A model generated the notes under the pieces. The model ran no database searches. It worked only from the letters and a program-made list of their open reading frames with translations, and was not told the DNA's origin. Source: Gammaproteobacteria bacterium (GTDB taxonomy: Bacteria > Pseudomonadota > Gammaproteobacteria > Steroidobacterales > JBCCMA01). From it: DNA of 64,000 nt. Positions 29,524 to 39,457 of the stretch are shown one piece after another; position 1 is the stretch's first letter; each line of letters opens with the position of its first letter. The translations under genes and the position numbers were made by a program. The stretch is taken from the NCBI GenBank assembly GCA_045107005.1, contig JBGCFP010000101.1:1374-65373 (forward strand). The letters run 5' to 3'.

Positions 29524-30147
29524 CTACGGGCGGTGAATCGACGCAAACACGTTGGCGCAACCACCCGATGGGCAAGCCTCGACAGCCGTGCCAATCTGCT
29601 TCGACACGGGGCCAGCCGCACCGGTCGTACCGTGGGTGCGCAACACCAGGTGAATTTCGGCTCCGACCAGGTTTTGCAGACCATAGTTCTGCGTGCCGGC
29701 AAACAGCTCACGTGATGTGCGACCCGGTGACAGACGGATGTCCGCTTGGCCCAGTCCATAGATATCCGTCAGGAAGCCGCCGCCCCAAAAGACCGATGGC
29801 CTGACGCGTGGGTCGCCGTTGGCACCCAGATCGGCCACGCCACATTCGAACGGCTCGATGCAGAATTCCGGATTGTTGAAAACCGCCCACCAGATGGAAT
29901 AGGCAGTGTCGGGCTCCAGCGCACGGCTGACGATCGACGCGTTCACCTGATTTGAGGCCTGGTCTCGAATCAGTATCGTGGCGCCGTCGACCATCGTGTC
30001 GGTGTTGAAGACGTGGTGGTCGCTGATCTGGACCGATTCTTTATTAAAGATAGGCTCCCCAAGCGCTTGGGCTTGTGCATTGGCGGCCAAAGAGTACGAC
30101 AAAACGGTCAGAGTGCTGATCAGCTTGGTGGTGGTTGAAAACGTCAT
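29524..30147 (-). CDS. Secreted hypothetical protein
   Basis: 207 aa with signal peptide MTFSTTTKLISTLTVLSYSLAANAQA. No recognisable motif. Confidence 0.7.
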   Translation of the reverse strand: MTFSTTTKLISTLTVLSYSLAANAQAQALGEPIFNKESVQISDHHVFNTDTMVDGATILIRDQASNQVNASIVSRALEPDTAYSIWWAVFNNPEFCIEPFECGVADLGANGDPRVRPSVFWGGGFLTDIYGLGQADIRLSPGRTSRELFAGTQNYGLQNLVGAEIHLVLRTHGTTGAAGPVSKQIGTAVEACPSGGCANVFASIHRP

Positions 30148-30523
30148 GATAATTTCTCCTCATTTAATAGTGATGGGGTGTGACCCCCGCGATGACCCGT
30201 CTAAGCGATTGATTTAACGCCAGTCGTTGGGCTTGGGGGAATTATGGTCAGGTGGGCGTCAGAGGTCCTGACTGGAGGATGACCACTGCGTGATCATTCA
30301 ATGACCACGACAAAATGCCCATTTTGGGCTCCAACAAACCGCCTGAATTTCCTGATCCGGTGGCTCAGCATCGCGTCCCGCAATCCGGGGCTTGCACCCG
30401 GGTAACGGATAAATCACGCAGGCATAGCGAAGCGATAACGCCGTTCCATTGAAGTCGCTCTGTGACCTCATGCACCGTGGACATGGCGCAATTGCGCTGC
30501 ATTTTTCACGAGGAATGATTGAA

Positions 30524-31168
30524 ATGAAGACTACATCTCGACGGCTTTTTCTCCTTTTTGCTGCGGTCGGAATGGCCTGCTCCGCAGCCTCCGCTTCGGC
30601 AACGATCGACACCGATGGCGACGGCGTGCTGGACTACTTCGACAACTGTTCGGAAGTAGCAAATCCGGGGCAACTGGACACCAACGGCGACGGATTCGGT
30701 AACATCTGCGATGCGGACTTGAACAATGACGATATCGTCAATTTCATCGATCTCACGCTGTTTAACAACGCCTTTCTGACCACCGATCCTGATGCCGATT
30801 TCAATGGCGACGGCTTCGTCAATTTCCTCGATCTAGCTCTGTTTCAGACTCAGTTCTTGATGCCGCCAGGCCCGGGTGCCGTGGAAGAACCCGTACCAGA
30901 CACGCCGACTCTCACCATTGAATCCGATGAACCGTTTGCCGATTTTGATGGCAACATCGTCGTGAACTATCCGAGCCCGGCAGCGAGCTTTAATTTGAAG
31001 CGGATTCGAGTCCCGAACATCGTCACCATTATTACGACGACCGAAGATTCCAACGATCAAACGAATTTGCCATCGGGTGAATACACTTATTCCGTACAGG
31101 CTTGCAATTCACAAGGAGCATGCAGCGCGTTCAGCGAGCCAGTATTCGTTTCGGTCGGCCTGAACTGA
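30524..31168 (+). CDS. Secreted protein with an N-terminal TSP3 + dockerin-like cassette
   Basis: ATG at 30524 follows GAGGA and gives signal peptide MKTTSRRLFLLFAAVGMACSAASASA. The cassette lies at 30608-30880 and is followed by a ~95-aa beta-rich (Fn3-like) domain. Confidence 0.85.
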   Translation: MKTTSRRLFLLFAAVGMACSAASASATIDTDGDGVLDYFDNCSEVANPGQLDTNGDGFGNICDADLNNDDIVNFIDLTLFNNAFLTTDPDADFNGDGFVNFLDLALFQTQFLMPPGPGAVEEPVPDTPTLTIESDEPFADFDGNIVVNYPSPAASFNLKRIRVPNIVTIITTTEDSNDQTNLPSGEYTYSVQACNSQGACSAFSEPVFVSVGLN

Positions 31169-31486
31169 TCCTGGCCTGGTCTGGAACATCGGGGCGCAGC
31201 CGGGCTGCTGCGTCCCGAATACGTTAGATACTCAGAAGGCGGAGCTGGCGTTCTACAGTAGCGGCGGCCAGGTATCGCTGATGCGATACCCGTCGGGAAA
31301 CGGATCGCGTTCATCCAGCGTCAGCACCCGCCTCTCAGTAAGCCAGGCCCGTCCGGTCACGGACGGACGGATACCGTCTTTCCCGCGTCGGATCGTCCGG
31401 TTTCCAGGTCATGTCTCTATCTCGTTCACGGTGCGGCGCGCCTTTCGAAACGCCAGGTTGATCGCACCAATGTTCTCGGCGACACT

Positions 31487-33307
31487 ATGATTATGCCCAA
31501 AAATAACGTCCTCGCAGTCGCCGCGCTTCTGCTTGTCTCAAGCGCGTGCACATCCGTCAACGAACCTGCCGCGGACACTCGTTCTGCCGAAGTTTTTGCG
31601 TCCAGCGGCCAGCTCCAGCCGCTAACCCAGCTATTCGAAGACGAATGGCAGCACCGCCTGGCGCGCTATCCGCAGCTCGCGACTGCCATGGGCGTGCACA
31701 ATTACAATGATCGTCTGTCCGACGATTCGGCAGAGGCACAAGAGGCGAACCTCGAGGCTGACAAGGCGTTTTTACAACGCTTGCGCGACATTGATCGCGA
31801 CACGCTTAAGCCCGAAGACCAGGTGAACTACGACCTGTTCGATTTCATCGTTGGTCATCGTGTCAAGCTTGGCCAGTATCAAGGCTATCGAATTCCGATC
31901 CTGTCAGACGCTGGCTTCCACATGTCGGTGCAACGACTGCATGAGTCAATGCCACTTCGAACCGTTACTGACTACGAGAATTACATCGCGCGTCTGCGCG
32001 CCATCGGTCCCAACTTCCAGCAGAATATCGACAACATGCGTTCGGGCCTCGCCACCGGCTTTACGCAACCCAAAGAAATTCTGCAAGGCATCGTGCCGTC
32101 CATTGCCGGCTCCATCGTCGAAGACCCTGAGGCTAGCGGTTTCTTCGAGCCGTTCCGCACGCTACCGAGCCACTTCTCACCTTCCGATCAAGCCCAGCTC
32201 ACGGAGGCCGGCCGCCGTGCGATCGCCGATGTGGTCGTGCCGGCCTATCAGAATTTCCTGCGCTTCTTCGTCAAAGAGTACATACCGCAGGCGCGCACGA
32301 CCGTTGGCATCTCATCGGTACCACAAGGCAAGGCTTACTACGAAGATCTGACTCGTTACTACACGACGCTCGACGATGTGACGCCCGATCAGATTCACGC
32401 GTTGGGGCTAAAAGAGGTGGCGCGCATTCGCGCGGGCATGGAAGCGGTGATCGCCGAAGTGAACTTTGACGGCGACCTGGCCGAGTTCATCGAGTTTCTT
32501 CGTACCGACTCTCAGTTCTATGTCACCGAGCCGGAACAACTACTGAAAGAAGCCGCGTACATCGCCAAACGCATCGACGGACAAATGCCCGGCTATTTCC
32601 GCACGCTGCCACGCATGCCCTACGGTGTGCGCGCCGTGCCGGACGACATTGCCCCGAACTACACGACCGGTCGCTACTGGGGTGCCACCGTCGGCGGACG
32701 GCTCGGTGGTTTTTACATGGTCAATACTTACGCGCTCGACAAACGTCCGCTGTATACGCTGCCGGCGCTGACCTTGCACGAGGGCGTGCCCGGGCATCAT
32801 AACCAAAGTTCACTGCGCCAGGAAATGGCCGACTTGCCGATGTTTCGTCGTTCGTTTTATCCGCACGCGTTTGGCGAGGGCTGGGGGCTTTACGCTGAAA
32901 AGCTTGGCGTCGAGATGGGCATCTACCTGACACCGTATGACGAGTTCGGCCGACTGAGCTACGAGATGTGGCGCGCGGTGCGTCTGGTCGTTGACACGGG
33001 CATGCACTACAAAGGCTGGACCCGGAAGCAGGCACAGGATTTTCTGGCCGACAACTCGGCGCTGTCGTTGCACAACGTGCGAACGGAAATTGATCGCTAC
33101 GTATCATGGCCGGGCCAGGCGCTGGCCTACAAGATGGGCGAATTAAAGATTCTCGAGTTGCGCGCACGGGCGGAAGAACGCCTCGGCGAGCACTTCGATA
33201 TCCGGGATTTTCACGACGCTGTTCTTTTGACCGGCGGTGTACCGCTGTCGATGTTGAATTCGACTGTCGAGCGGTGGATTGCCGATCAGCTTGCCGTGAC
33301 AGAATAG
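31487..33307 (+). CDS. DUF885 family protein (putative metallopeptidase-like)
   Basis: 606 aa with a signal/lipoprotein-like N-terminus. It has the DUF885 hallmark LTLHEGVPGHHNQ and a C-terminal DRYVSWPGQALAYKMG block. Confidence 0.9.
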   Translation: MIMPKNNVLAVAALLLVSSACTSVNEPAADTRSAEVFASSGQLQPLTQLFEDEWQHRLARYPQLATAMGVHNYNDRLSDDSAEAQEANLEADKAFLQRLRDIDRDTLKPEDQVNYDLFDFIVGHRVKLGQYQGYRIPILSDAGFHMSVQRLHESMPLRTVTDYENYIARLRAIGPNFQQNIDNMRSGLATGFTQPKEILQGIVPSIAGSIVEDPEASGFFEPFRTLPSHFSPSDQAQLTEAGRRAIADVVVPAYQNFLRFFVKEYIPQARTTVGISSVPQGKAYYEDLTRYYTTLDDVTPDQIHALGLKEVARIRAGMEAVIAEVNFDGDLAEFIEFLRTDSQFYVTEPEQLLKEAAYIAKRIDGQMPGYFRTLPRMPYGVRAVPDDIAPNYTTGRYWGATVGGRLGGFYMVNTYALDKRPLYTLPALTLHEGVPGHHNQSSLRQEMADLPMFRRSFYPHAFGEGWGLYAEKLGVEMGIYLTPYDEFGRLSYEMWRAVRLVVDTGMHYKGWTRKQAQDFLADNSALSLHNVRTEIDRYVSWPGQALAYKMGELKILELRARAEERLGEHFDIRDFHDAVLLTGGVPLSMLNSTVERWIADQLAVTE

Positions 33308-33314
33308 TCACGCC

Positions 33315-33479
33315 TCAAGGCGCAACACCACTGGATCCCGGCGGCGAAAAGAACAGCGCACTCAATATACCCAAGTCCGCCGCATTCACAACGCCATCAA
33401 TATCGGTCTTTGCGTTGCAATCTGGAATGCAAAACCCGTCGCCGAGTGGCTGACCCAACTGGCAATATGTTGGTGGCCA
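33315..33479 (-). pseudogene. Relic of a TSP3/dockerin-like cassette
   Basis: A 54-codon open frame without a start reads ...GDGFCIPDCNAKTDIDGVVNAADLGILSALFFSPPGSSGVAP-stop. It retains one EF-hand segment and the PGxSG tail. Confidence 0.45.
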
Positions 33480-33508
33480 GTTACTGTTTATTTTTGTGGT
33501 CGTGCGTG

Positions 33509-33842
33509 AGATGGGGTCAGACCAACGCTCGGACTGAATATATAGAGCGTGTGTCTTTAAAATCTCATTTCGAGACCTTAGATCCGTTTTTCAGGACCTA
33601 AAACCCACTCTAAGGGACTCGAGACGAGGATCCACGCCGATGGGACTCCAGACAAATACGCGACGCCACCACCGCTTAGAATCTATTTTTAGGTCCTGAA
33701 TCGCATTCTTAAGCGCCAAAAACAGATCGTAAGCCGATTGCTACTTATAGATTAGATTCAGAGGTGGTCTGACCCCGACCATCGCCGACCATCGTAGATT
33801 CAGAGGTGGTCTGACCCCGACCATCAACTGACCCCGACCATC
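33509..33842. repeat. MITE-like element, family B, with iterated subterminal repeats
   Basis: The left end is atggggtcagaccaac (33511-33526). The right end has agattcagaggtggtctgaccccgaccatc twice (33754-33783 and 33796-33825) plus a partial ctgaccccgaccatc (33828-33842). An internal 14-bp inverted repeat ttttaggtcctgaa joins 33587-33603 and 33686-33700. No ORF is present. Confidence 0.6.
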
Positions 33843-33915
33843 AAAAAACCAGACACGAGCGCGTTGCGCAGCGTCTCAATCCCAAGGGGGTGACGCCGTA
33901 GTAACGACAGACACT

Positions 33916-34947
33916 TCAGTTTGGGATCGCCCACAGCCCCTGTTGCCATGTTCCGTCTTGCGAATTCCCTGGACTGCTACAGTCGCCAGGCACGCCGCTC
34001 GGCCCGGGCACGCCAAAAAACACCGACCGCATTATTCCCAGATCAACGGCACTGACCACACCGTCACCGTTGAAGTCAGAATCTTCATCGTCACTGAAAA
34101 ACGCGATTCTTAGCATGCCAAGATCGGAAAAATTGATCAGGCAGTCATTGTCCAAATCGGTATCGCAGACGTTTCCGAAACCGTCATTGTTCGAATCTCT
34201 TTGATCGCTATTGGCAACTTCCAGGCAATTGTCCGCATTGTCCAGAACACCGTCGTTATCGGCATCGCCCACCGGGGCAACTGTTATCTCCCAGTTATCC
34301 GCACCGTGCACGATCGTTAGCAACCCTTCTGCCATCAGTTGATTTTGCATCAGGGCATTTGCCAGACCATAGCCGAATCGAATCTCAGACCCATCAATAC
34401 TGAAATCCGGAGACATACCCGGCTCGTCGATACCGGGATTGACCGCCAATGGCGCCTCGAAGTCCTGGGCGGTCAGACCGTTGAACTGCAGGTTTTCCCA
34501 CGACCCCGTCAAAAATTCGCCTATCGGGCCAAAGTAAAAAATTCCATCTTGTTCGAGTACGACGAAAAACCCTGATGACCCTGAGAGCGACGGATCCTCG
34601 AGAAGATCGATCGACATACTGACAGACCCGATTGCATCCATCTCTGCGGCGGAATAACTTGCCAGCGTATTCAGGCCAACGGTTGCAACAACATCGCCGA
34701 GCTCGACGTTGTGGATCGACTCACGATAAAAACCGGGATTGCCGTTGACGCCCAATAAATCGATGCTGCCGGTGGACGTGCCCGGTCCTTCACCCGGCAC
34801 TGATACATCGTCAAGAATGAAAACATTGTCGACCCATCCCACGCTAAAATCGCCATCGGTAAAGACGACATTCCCCGCGCTCGCGGATTGCCCCGCGCCC
34901 GCCACGCAACCGATTACACAAATAAACGAAAATATTGGTGTGCGCAT
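33916..34947 (-). CDS. Secreted protein with a C-terminal TSP3 + dockerin-like cassette
   Basis: 343 aa with a signal peptide. I do not recognise the N-terminal beta-rich domain. The cassette lies at 33994-34266. Confidence 0.85.
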   Translation of the reverse strand: MRTPIFSFICVIGCVAGAGQSASAGNVVFTDGDFSVGWVDNVFILDDVSVPGEGPGTSTGSIDLLGVNGNPGFYRESIHNVELGDVVATVGLNTLASYSAAEMDAIGSVSMSIDLLEDPSLSGSSGFFVVLEQDGIFYFGPIGEFLTGSWENLQFNGLTAQDFEAPLAVNPGIDEPGMSPDFSIDGSEIRFGYGLANALMQNQLMAEGLLTIVHGADNWEITVAPVGDADNDGVLDNADNCLEVANSDQRDSNNDGFGNVCDTDLDNDCLINFSDLGMLRIAFFSDDEDSDFNGDGVVSAVDLGIMRSVFFGVPGPSGVPGDCSSPGNSQDGTWQQGLWAIPN

Positions 34948-35218
34948 GATTCAATTCATTCCTTTGCGTATGCCGTAGGAGCTTCGAATCTACGCCTGAA
35001 TTTCGGTGCTGACAAATTGGTACTTCCGGGGCGGCAGCTTACCGCCCCACCAGAACAGCGACCCGCGGTCGGTTCGCTGGGCGGATTTAGGTGCCAGGAG
35101 ATCAGTGTTGAGCACGCGCTTGAGGCGCCTGACCCAGGTCATGGCAGCAACCGTCGGGCGGTGGCTTGAAGGTCAGTTAGGTGGGACGCACTAGTACGCG
35201 TTTAAACGTTGGCGTTAT

Positions 35219-36622
35219 TCACGGTGACGGGCGATAACCGAAGAGCTTCCGACTTACGATCGCCTGTGCGACGCAATCGGGCACCATGGCCTGCCACTCG
35301 TCCTTCCCTTCGCCAATCATCTCCAAAACCTGCGGGGAGTGAATGTCCAGGTACTCCTGCCGGATGTTGGCGAGCTCGACGATGCTGCCGCGTTCTTTCA
35401 GATACGCGAAAAGATGCTGTAAACCGTCGTCCAGATGAATGTCGCTCAAGGTATCGAGCTGCTCAGAATCCGGCACTCTCTGCGGGTAGATGAAGAGTTT
35501 GAGCGAGTCTTTGAACAGCCGACCGAGGCTTTCAAGAATGCCGCCATCGAGATGTTCGTAGTGACGCGCATCAAACAGGCTGCGCAACATGCCAATGCCC
35601 ATCGCCATACCGATAGTGCGATCGGTGTAACGACTCAAATACGCCATCAGACGATAGTATTCGGGGAAGTCAGAGATCATGACCGTATGTCCCGTCGCCG
35701 CCAACACGTCTGCGCGGCTGACGAAATCCTGTAAACACACGTCACCATCGCCAGACAGCGAGTGCATCGAAATTTCCATGATGGGCAGAGGATCACGATT
35801 GGCGTCATCCACCACGTCATCGAATTTGGCAATCGCTGACGCCAGCATGTCCATGTTGACGTGGGTCACTGGACGAAAGCGGCCACGCTCGATGATCAGC
35901 GAACGCTTTCGCAGTGCTTGTGACGGCTGCAGTACTGTGCCGTCCGCCGCAAACATCGCGGCGCCCGACAATCCCAGTTCAACGAGCTTCAAGCTCATCA
36001 CTCGATTGTCGACAGCCGCATAACTGGGCCCCTGGAAATCAATCATGTCAATTTCGAGCCGTTGCGCCGACAGACCGTCGAGCAACGAGGCCACCAGTTT
36101 TAGCGGGTCCGCATCGCCTTTCAACGCACCGTGAATCAGGTTAACGCCGACCAGCCCAAGCGCTTCTTGCTGCAACACGTTGGTGTCGTCCAGCATCCGC
36201 ACGTGCACGATAATCGTGTTGTCTTCGCCATGCGATGCTGACTGAAAGCGGATTCCCATCCAGGCATGACAGTTGTTCGTGCCCAGATAGTTGCGTGCCG
36301 ATACGGTATCGGCGAAGGAGAAGAAGCGCGTCGAGTCGCCGCGTGTCTCGGTTAGCCGATCGCGGTTGAGCCGTTGCTCGCAAGCGAGCATCGCTTCAAG
36401 ACGTTCGCGGCAGACATAACGCTGACACGTCCCGTAGATCGCGTCGCTGACTTTCATGTCGTAGGCGGAAATACTCTTTGAAATCGTGCCTGCCGCCGCG
36501 CCAGCGCGAAAGAACCAACGCACCACCTCCTGCCCAGCGCCGATTTCGGCGAAGGTGCCGTACAGGCTGTCGTCCAAATTGACGTCCAGTGCTTTTTCGA
36601 GCGTCGACAAAGGTGGCGACAT
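35219..36622 (-). CDS. Cytoplasmic hypothetical protein of unknown function
   Basis: 467 aa with no signal peptide. The N-terminus is LYGTFAEIGAGQEVVRWFF. Codon usage is coherent. I do not recognise the family. Confidence 0.8.
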   Translation of the reverse strand: MSPPLSTLEKALDVNLDDSLYGTFAEIGAGQEVVRWFFRAGAAAGTISKSISAYDMKVSDAIYGTCQRYVCRERLEAMLACEQRLNRDRLTETRGDSTRFFSFADTVSARNYLGTNNCHAWMGIRFQSASHGEDNTIIVHVRMLDDTNVLQQEALGLVGVNLIHGALKGDADPLKLVASLLDGLSAQRLEIDMIDFQGPSYAAVDNRVMSLKLVELGLSGAAMFAADGTVLQPSQALRKRSLIIERGRFRPVTHVNMDMLASAIAKFDDVVDDANRDPLPIMEISMHSLSGDGDVCLQDFVSRADVLAATGHTVMISDFPEYYRLMAYLSRYTDRTIGMAMGIGMLRSLFDARHYEHLDGGILESLGRLFKDSLKLFIYPQRVPDSEQLDTLSDIHLDDGLQHLFAYLKERGSIVELANIRQEYLDIHSPQVLEMIGEGKDEWQAMVPDCVAQAIVSRKLFGYRPSP

Positions 36623-36900
36623 TGCGAATCTCCAGTTCCAGCTATTCTTATCGTGTAGCGGCAGGTGTCACGAGAACTGAAGGGGAGCGACAAGGGAATG
36701 GTACTGCCAACTTAACTGGCTGGTGTGCCACCTCGTCTAGACAGCTGATAGCTTCCCATTGGACCGGCCACGATCCGGTAGGCACTTCCAGGCTATTCTT
36801 TGGGCTGAGCAGGCTTCGCCAACCGGATGCGACGATGGAGAATCGCCTCATCCGATATCGGTGCCGGTGAGTGGAATTGGAGACAGACCGCGGCTTTCCC

Positions 36901-37107
36901 CTACGGATTCAGCCCACTTGGCCCGGGCGCGCCGAAGAAGCTGGCTCGCAGCAAACCAAGGTCCTGCGCATTCACGATGCCGTCGCCGTTCAGGTCGGCA
37001 TCCTCGTCGGCGGCGAAAAACACCGAGCGCATCAGGCCGAGATCGACCACGTTGATCACGCCATCGTTGTTTAGATCGGCGTTGCACAGGTTGCCAAAGC
37101 CGTCACC
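36901..37107 (-). pseudogene. 5'-truncated gene retaining only the TSP3/dockerin-like cassette
   Basis: GDGFGNLCNADLNNDGVINVVDLGLMRSVFFAADEDADLNGDGIVNAQDLGLLRASFFGAPGPSGLNP-stop. Homology stops at 37107, where the IS256 fragment begins. The rest of the 156-aa ORF is read-through into the IS. Confidence 0.7.
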
Positions 37108-37655
37108 ATGTGTGTGGACGGCCTGACGGGCTTCCCGGACGCCATCGAGACGGTGTACCCGAAAGCGAAAATCCAGCTGTGCATCGTGCACATGATGCGC
37201 AACAGCCTGAACTTCGTGTCTTGGAAGCAGCGCAAGGCCGTTGCCGCGGATCTCAAACGCATTTACAAATCCACGACCGTGGACGACGCCGAGCGCGAGC
37301 TCGACGCCTTCTGCGAACGCCGGGACGATCCGTTGCCGACCATCGGTCTGATGTGGCGGCGCCACTGGCACAACCTCATTGCGCTCTACGATTACCCGAT
37401 GGAAATCCGGAAAATCATTTACACGACTAACGCCATCGAATCGCTCAACAGCCTGATCCGAAAACCGGTTCGCAAACGCAAGCTGTTCCCGAACGAGCGC
37501 GCAGCCTGCCCTTGGGGTATAACGCCGCGCTCAAAGTGGTGTATCTTGCGTCGATGGACGCGGCGAAGAAATGGAAGCGGCCAGTGCGGGACTGGAAGGC
37601 GGCTTTAAATCAGTTCGCCATCCTTTACGATGGCGAGTACGACTTCAACTCATGA
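37108..37655 (+). mobile_element. IS256-family transposase gene fragment (C-terminal half, frameshifted)
   Basis: VDGLTGFPDAIETVYPKAKIQLCIVHMMRNSLNFVSWKQRKAVAADLKRIY...YTTNAIESLNSLIRK. After a frame change near 37505-37520 it continues [36 protein letters not shown]-stop at 37653-37655. The N-terminal half is missing. Confidence 0.8.
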
Positions 37656-37683
37656 ATCGGCGCTTACACAGTTACGTCGACAG

Positions 37684-39351
37684 TCTCGGGATCGCGGACA
37701 GACGTGGCGCCACGTGCGCAACCTGTCGATCACGCAATTTTATCGCATCGCCGCAGATGAAGCCGAACCGCTTTATAACGTGTGTGGCGGCACGCAGGAC
37801 AACAACTCGCTGTGCGCGCCGTCGCGCACCACCGTGGTCCACGGCATCACCAACTCCGACTGGGAAATGGTGCTGGGCGGCGACGGCTACAAGCCGCAGA
37901 TCGATCCGACCGATCCCAATACCATCTACGCTCAGTACCAGTACGGCGGCCTCGCTCGCTACGATCGCCGCACGCAGGAACGCATCTACATCACGCCGCA
38001 CCCAAAGAGCGGGGCGACCGCTTACAAGTGGAACTGGAATACGCCGCTTCTGATCAGCCCGCACAATCCGCGTCGCCTGTACCACGCGGCCGAACGCGTT
38101 TTTCGTTCCGACGATCGTGGCGACTCGTGGAGCGTCATCCGCCCGGATCTCACACGACAGCTTGATCGCAATCAGTTAGAGGTCATGGGCCGCATCTGGA
38201 GCGTGGATGCCGTCGCCAAAAACGACTCGACATCGATGTATGGCAGCATCATTGGCCTCAGCGAAAGCCCGCGTGTCGAAGATCTCCTGTACGTTGGAAC
38301 CGACGACGGTGTGATCAGCGTCAGCGAAGACGGTGACGACAACTGGCTGTACGTGGAAGGCGACCGGTGGGACAACCGGGAAAAAGGCTCGATGGGCAGC
38401 GGTTTCTTTGCCGCCCCCAACCCGGCTTATGGTGCGGTATTCAGCTACTACCTCGCCGATGACTCGCTTACGCAAAAAGAAGCGCGTCGCAAGAAGGAAC
38501 TGGAGATTGAGAAAGACGGCGGCGACACGCCCTATCCTTCCTGGGACACGCTGCGCGCGGAAGATCGCGAAGACAAGGCGCAGCTGGTACTGGTCGTACG
38601 TAACGAAGATGGCGAGGTCGTGCGCCGCATTCCCGCTGAGACCAAAAAAGGCCTGCATCGCTCAGCCTGGAACCTGCGCTTTGTTGCGACAGACCCGGTC
38701 AATCTGAACCCGCCGAAGGACCCACCCTACTGGGAGACGCCACCGATTGGCCCGCTCGCGTTGCCCGGTACCTATTCGGTCACGCTGGCAAGGCTCGGCG
38801 ACAAGGGCTTTGAAGGCCTGACCAAAGCGCAGGAGTTTGACGTGGTCAGCCTCAATGCCAGCCCCGAAATCACGCGCGACCGGGACGCGCTGCTGGCGTT
38901 CCAAAAGGAGACGGCCCAACTGCGGCGTGCGGTCATGGGCGCCTCCGGTCTTACGGGGGAGATGCAGCAGCGGATCGATCACATGAAAGTGGCGCTGCGC
39001 GACACGGCCGCGGCTGAGGATAAACACTTTGCACAACTTCGCGGACTTGAAGCGCGTCTCGACGATCTCAACCGCGCGCTTGCCGGCGACGCCACCGTGT
39101 CGTCACGCAACGAAGCCACGGCGTGGTCGATCGCCGGTCGCATCAACGCCGTTTATCTGGGACAAATCGAATCGCAGTCCGACGTCCCGCAGCTGTACAA
39201 AGAGTCGCTGGCAATTGCTCGCACTGAGTTTGAAACCGCTCAGAATGCCGCGCGCATTTTGCAGCGGAATCTGACGGCGTTTGAGGTGAAGATGGAAGCA
39301 CTGGGTGCGCCGTGGACGCCGGGTCGCACGCCGGTCTGGTCGCCGGAGTAG
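37684..39351 (+). pseudogene. 5'-truncated BNR/Asp-box (sortilin-Vps10-like) repeat protein
   Basis: Homology starts abruptly at the Asp-box SRDRGQTW, right after the IS256 fragment. Further Asp-boxes ([16 protein letters not shown]) follow, and GGTQDNNS is present. There is no signal peptide or N-terminal half. Confidence 0.7.
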
Positions 39352-39364
39352 CGGACACCTCATC

Positions 39365-39406
39365 GAAAAGGAACGGTCGTATCCATCTAAAGGATACGAC
39401 CGTTCC
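39365..39406 (-). terminator. Rho-independent terminator of the giant gene (possibly bidirectional)
   Basis: Perfect 15-bp stem ggaacggtcgtatcc (39370-39384) / ggatacgaccgttcc (39392-39406) with a 7-nt loop (atctaaa, 39385-39391). On the minus strand it is followed by TTTTC (complement of 39365-39369). It lies between convergent genes. Confidence 0.6.
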
Positions 39407-39457
39407 GTCTTGCCTGGCACCGGCCCTGGCGGACGGGCCAAGCATTGGATCAATCGC

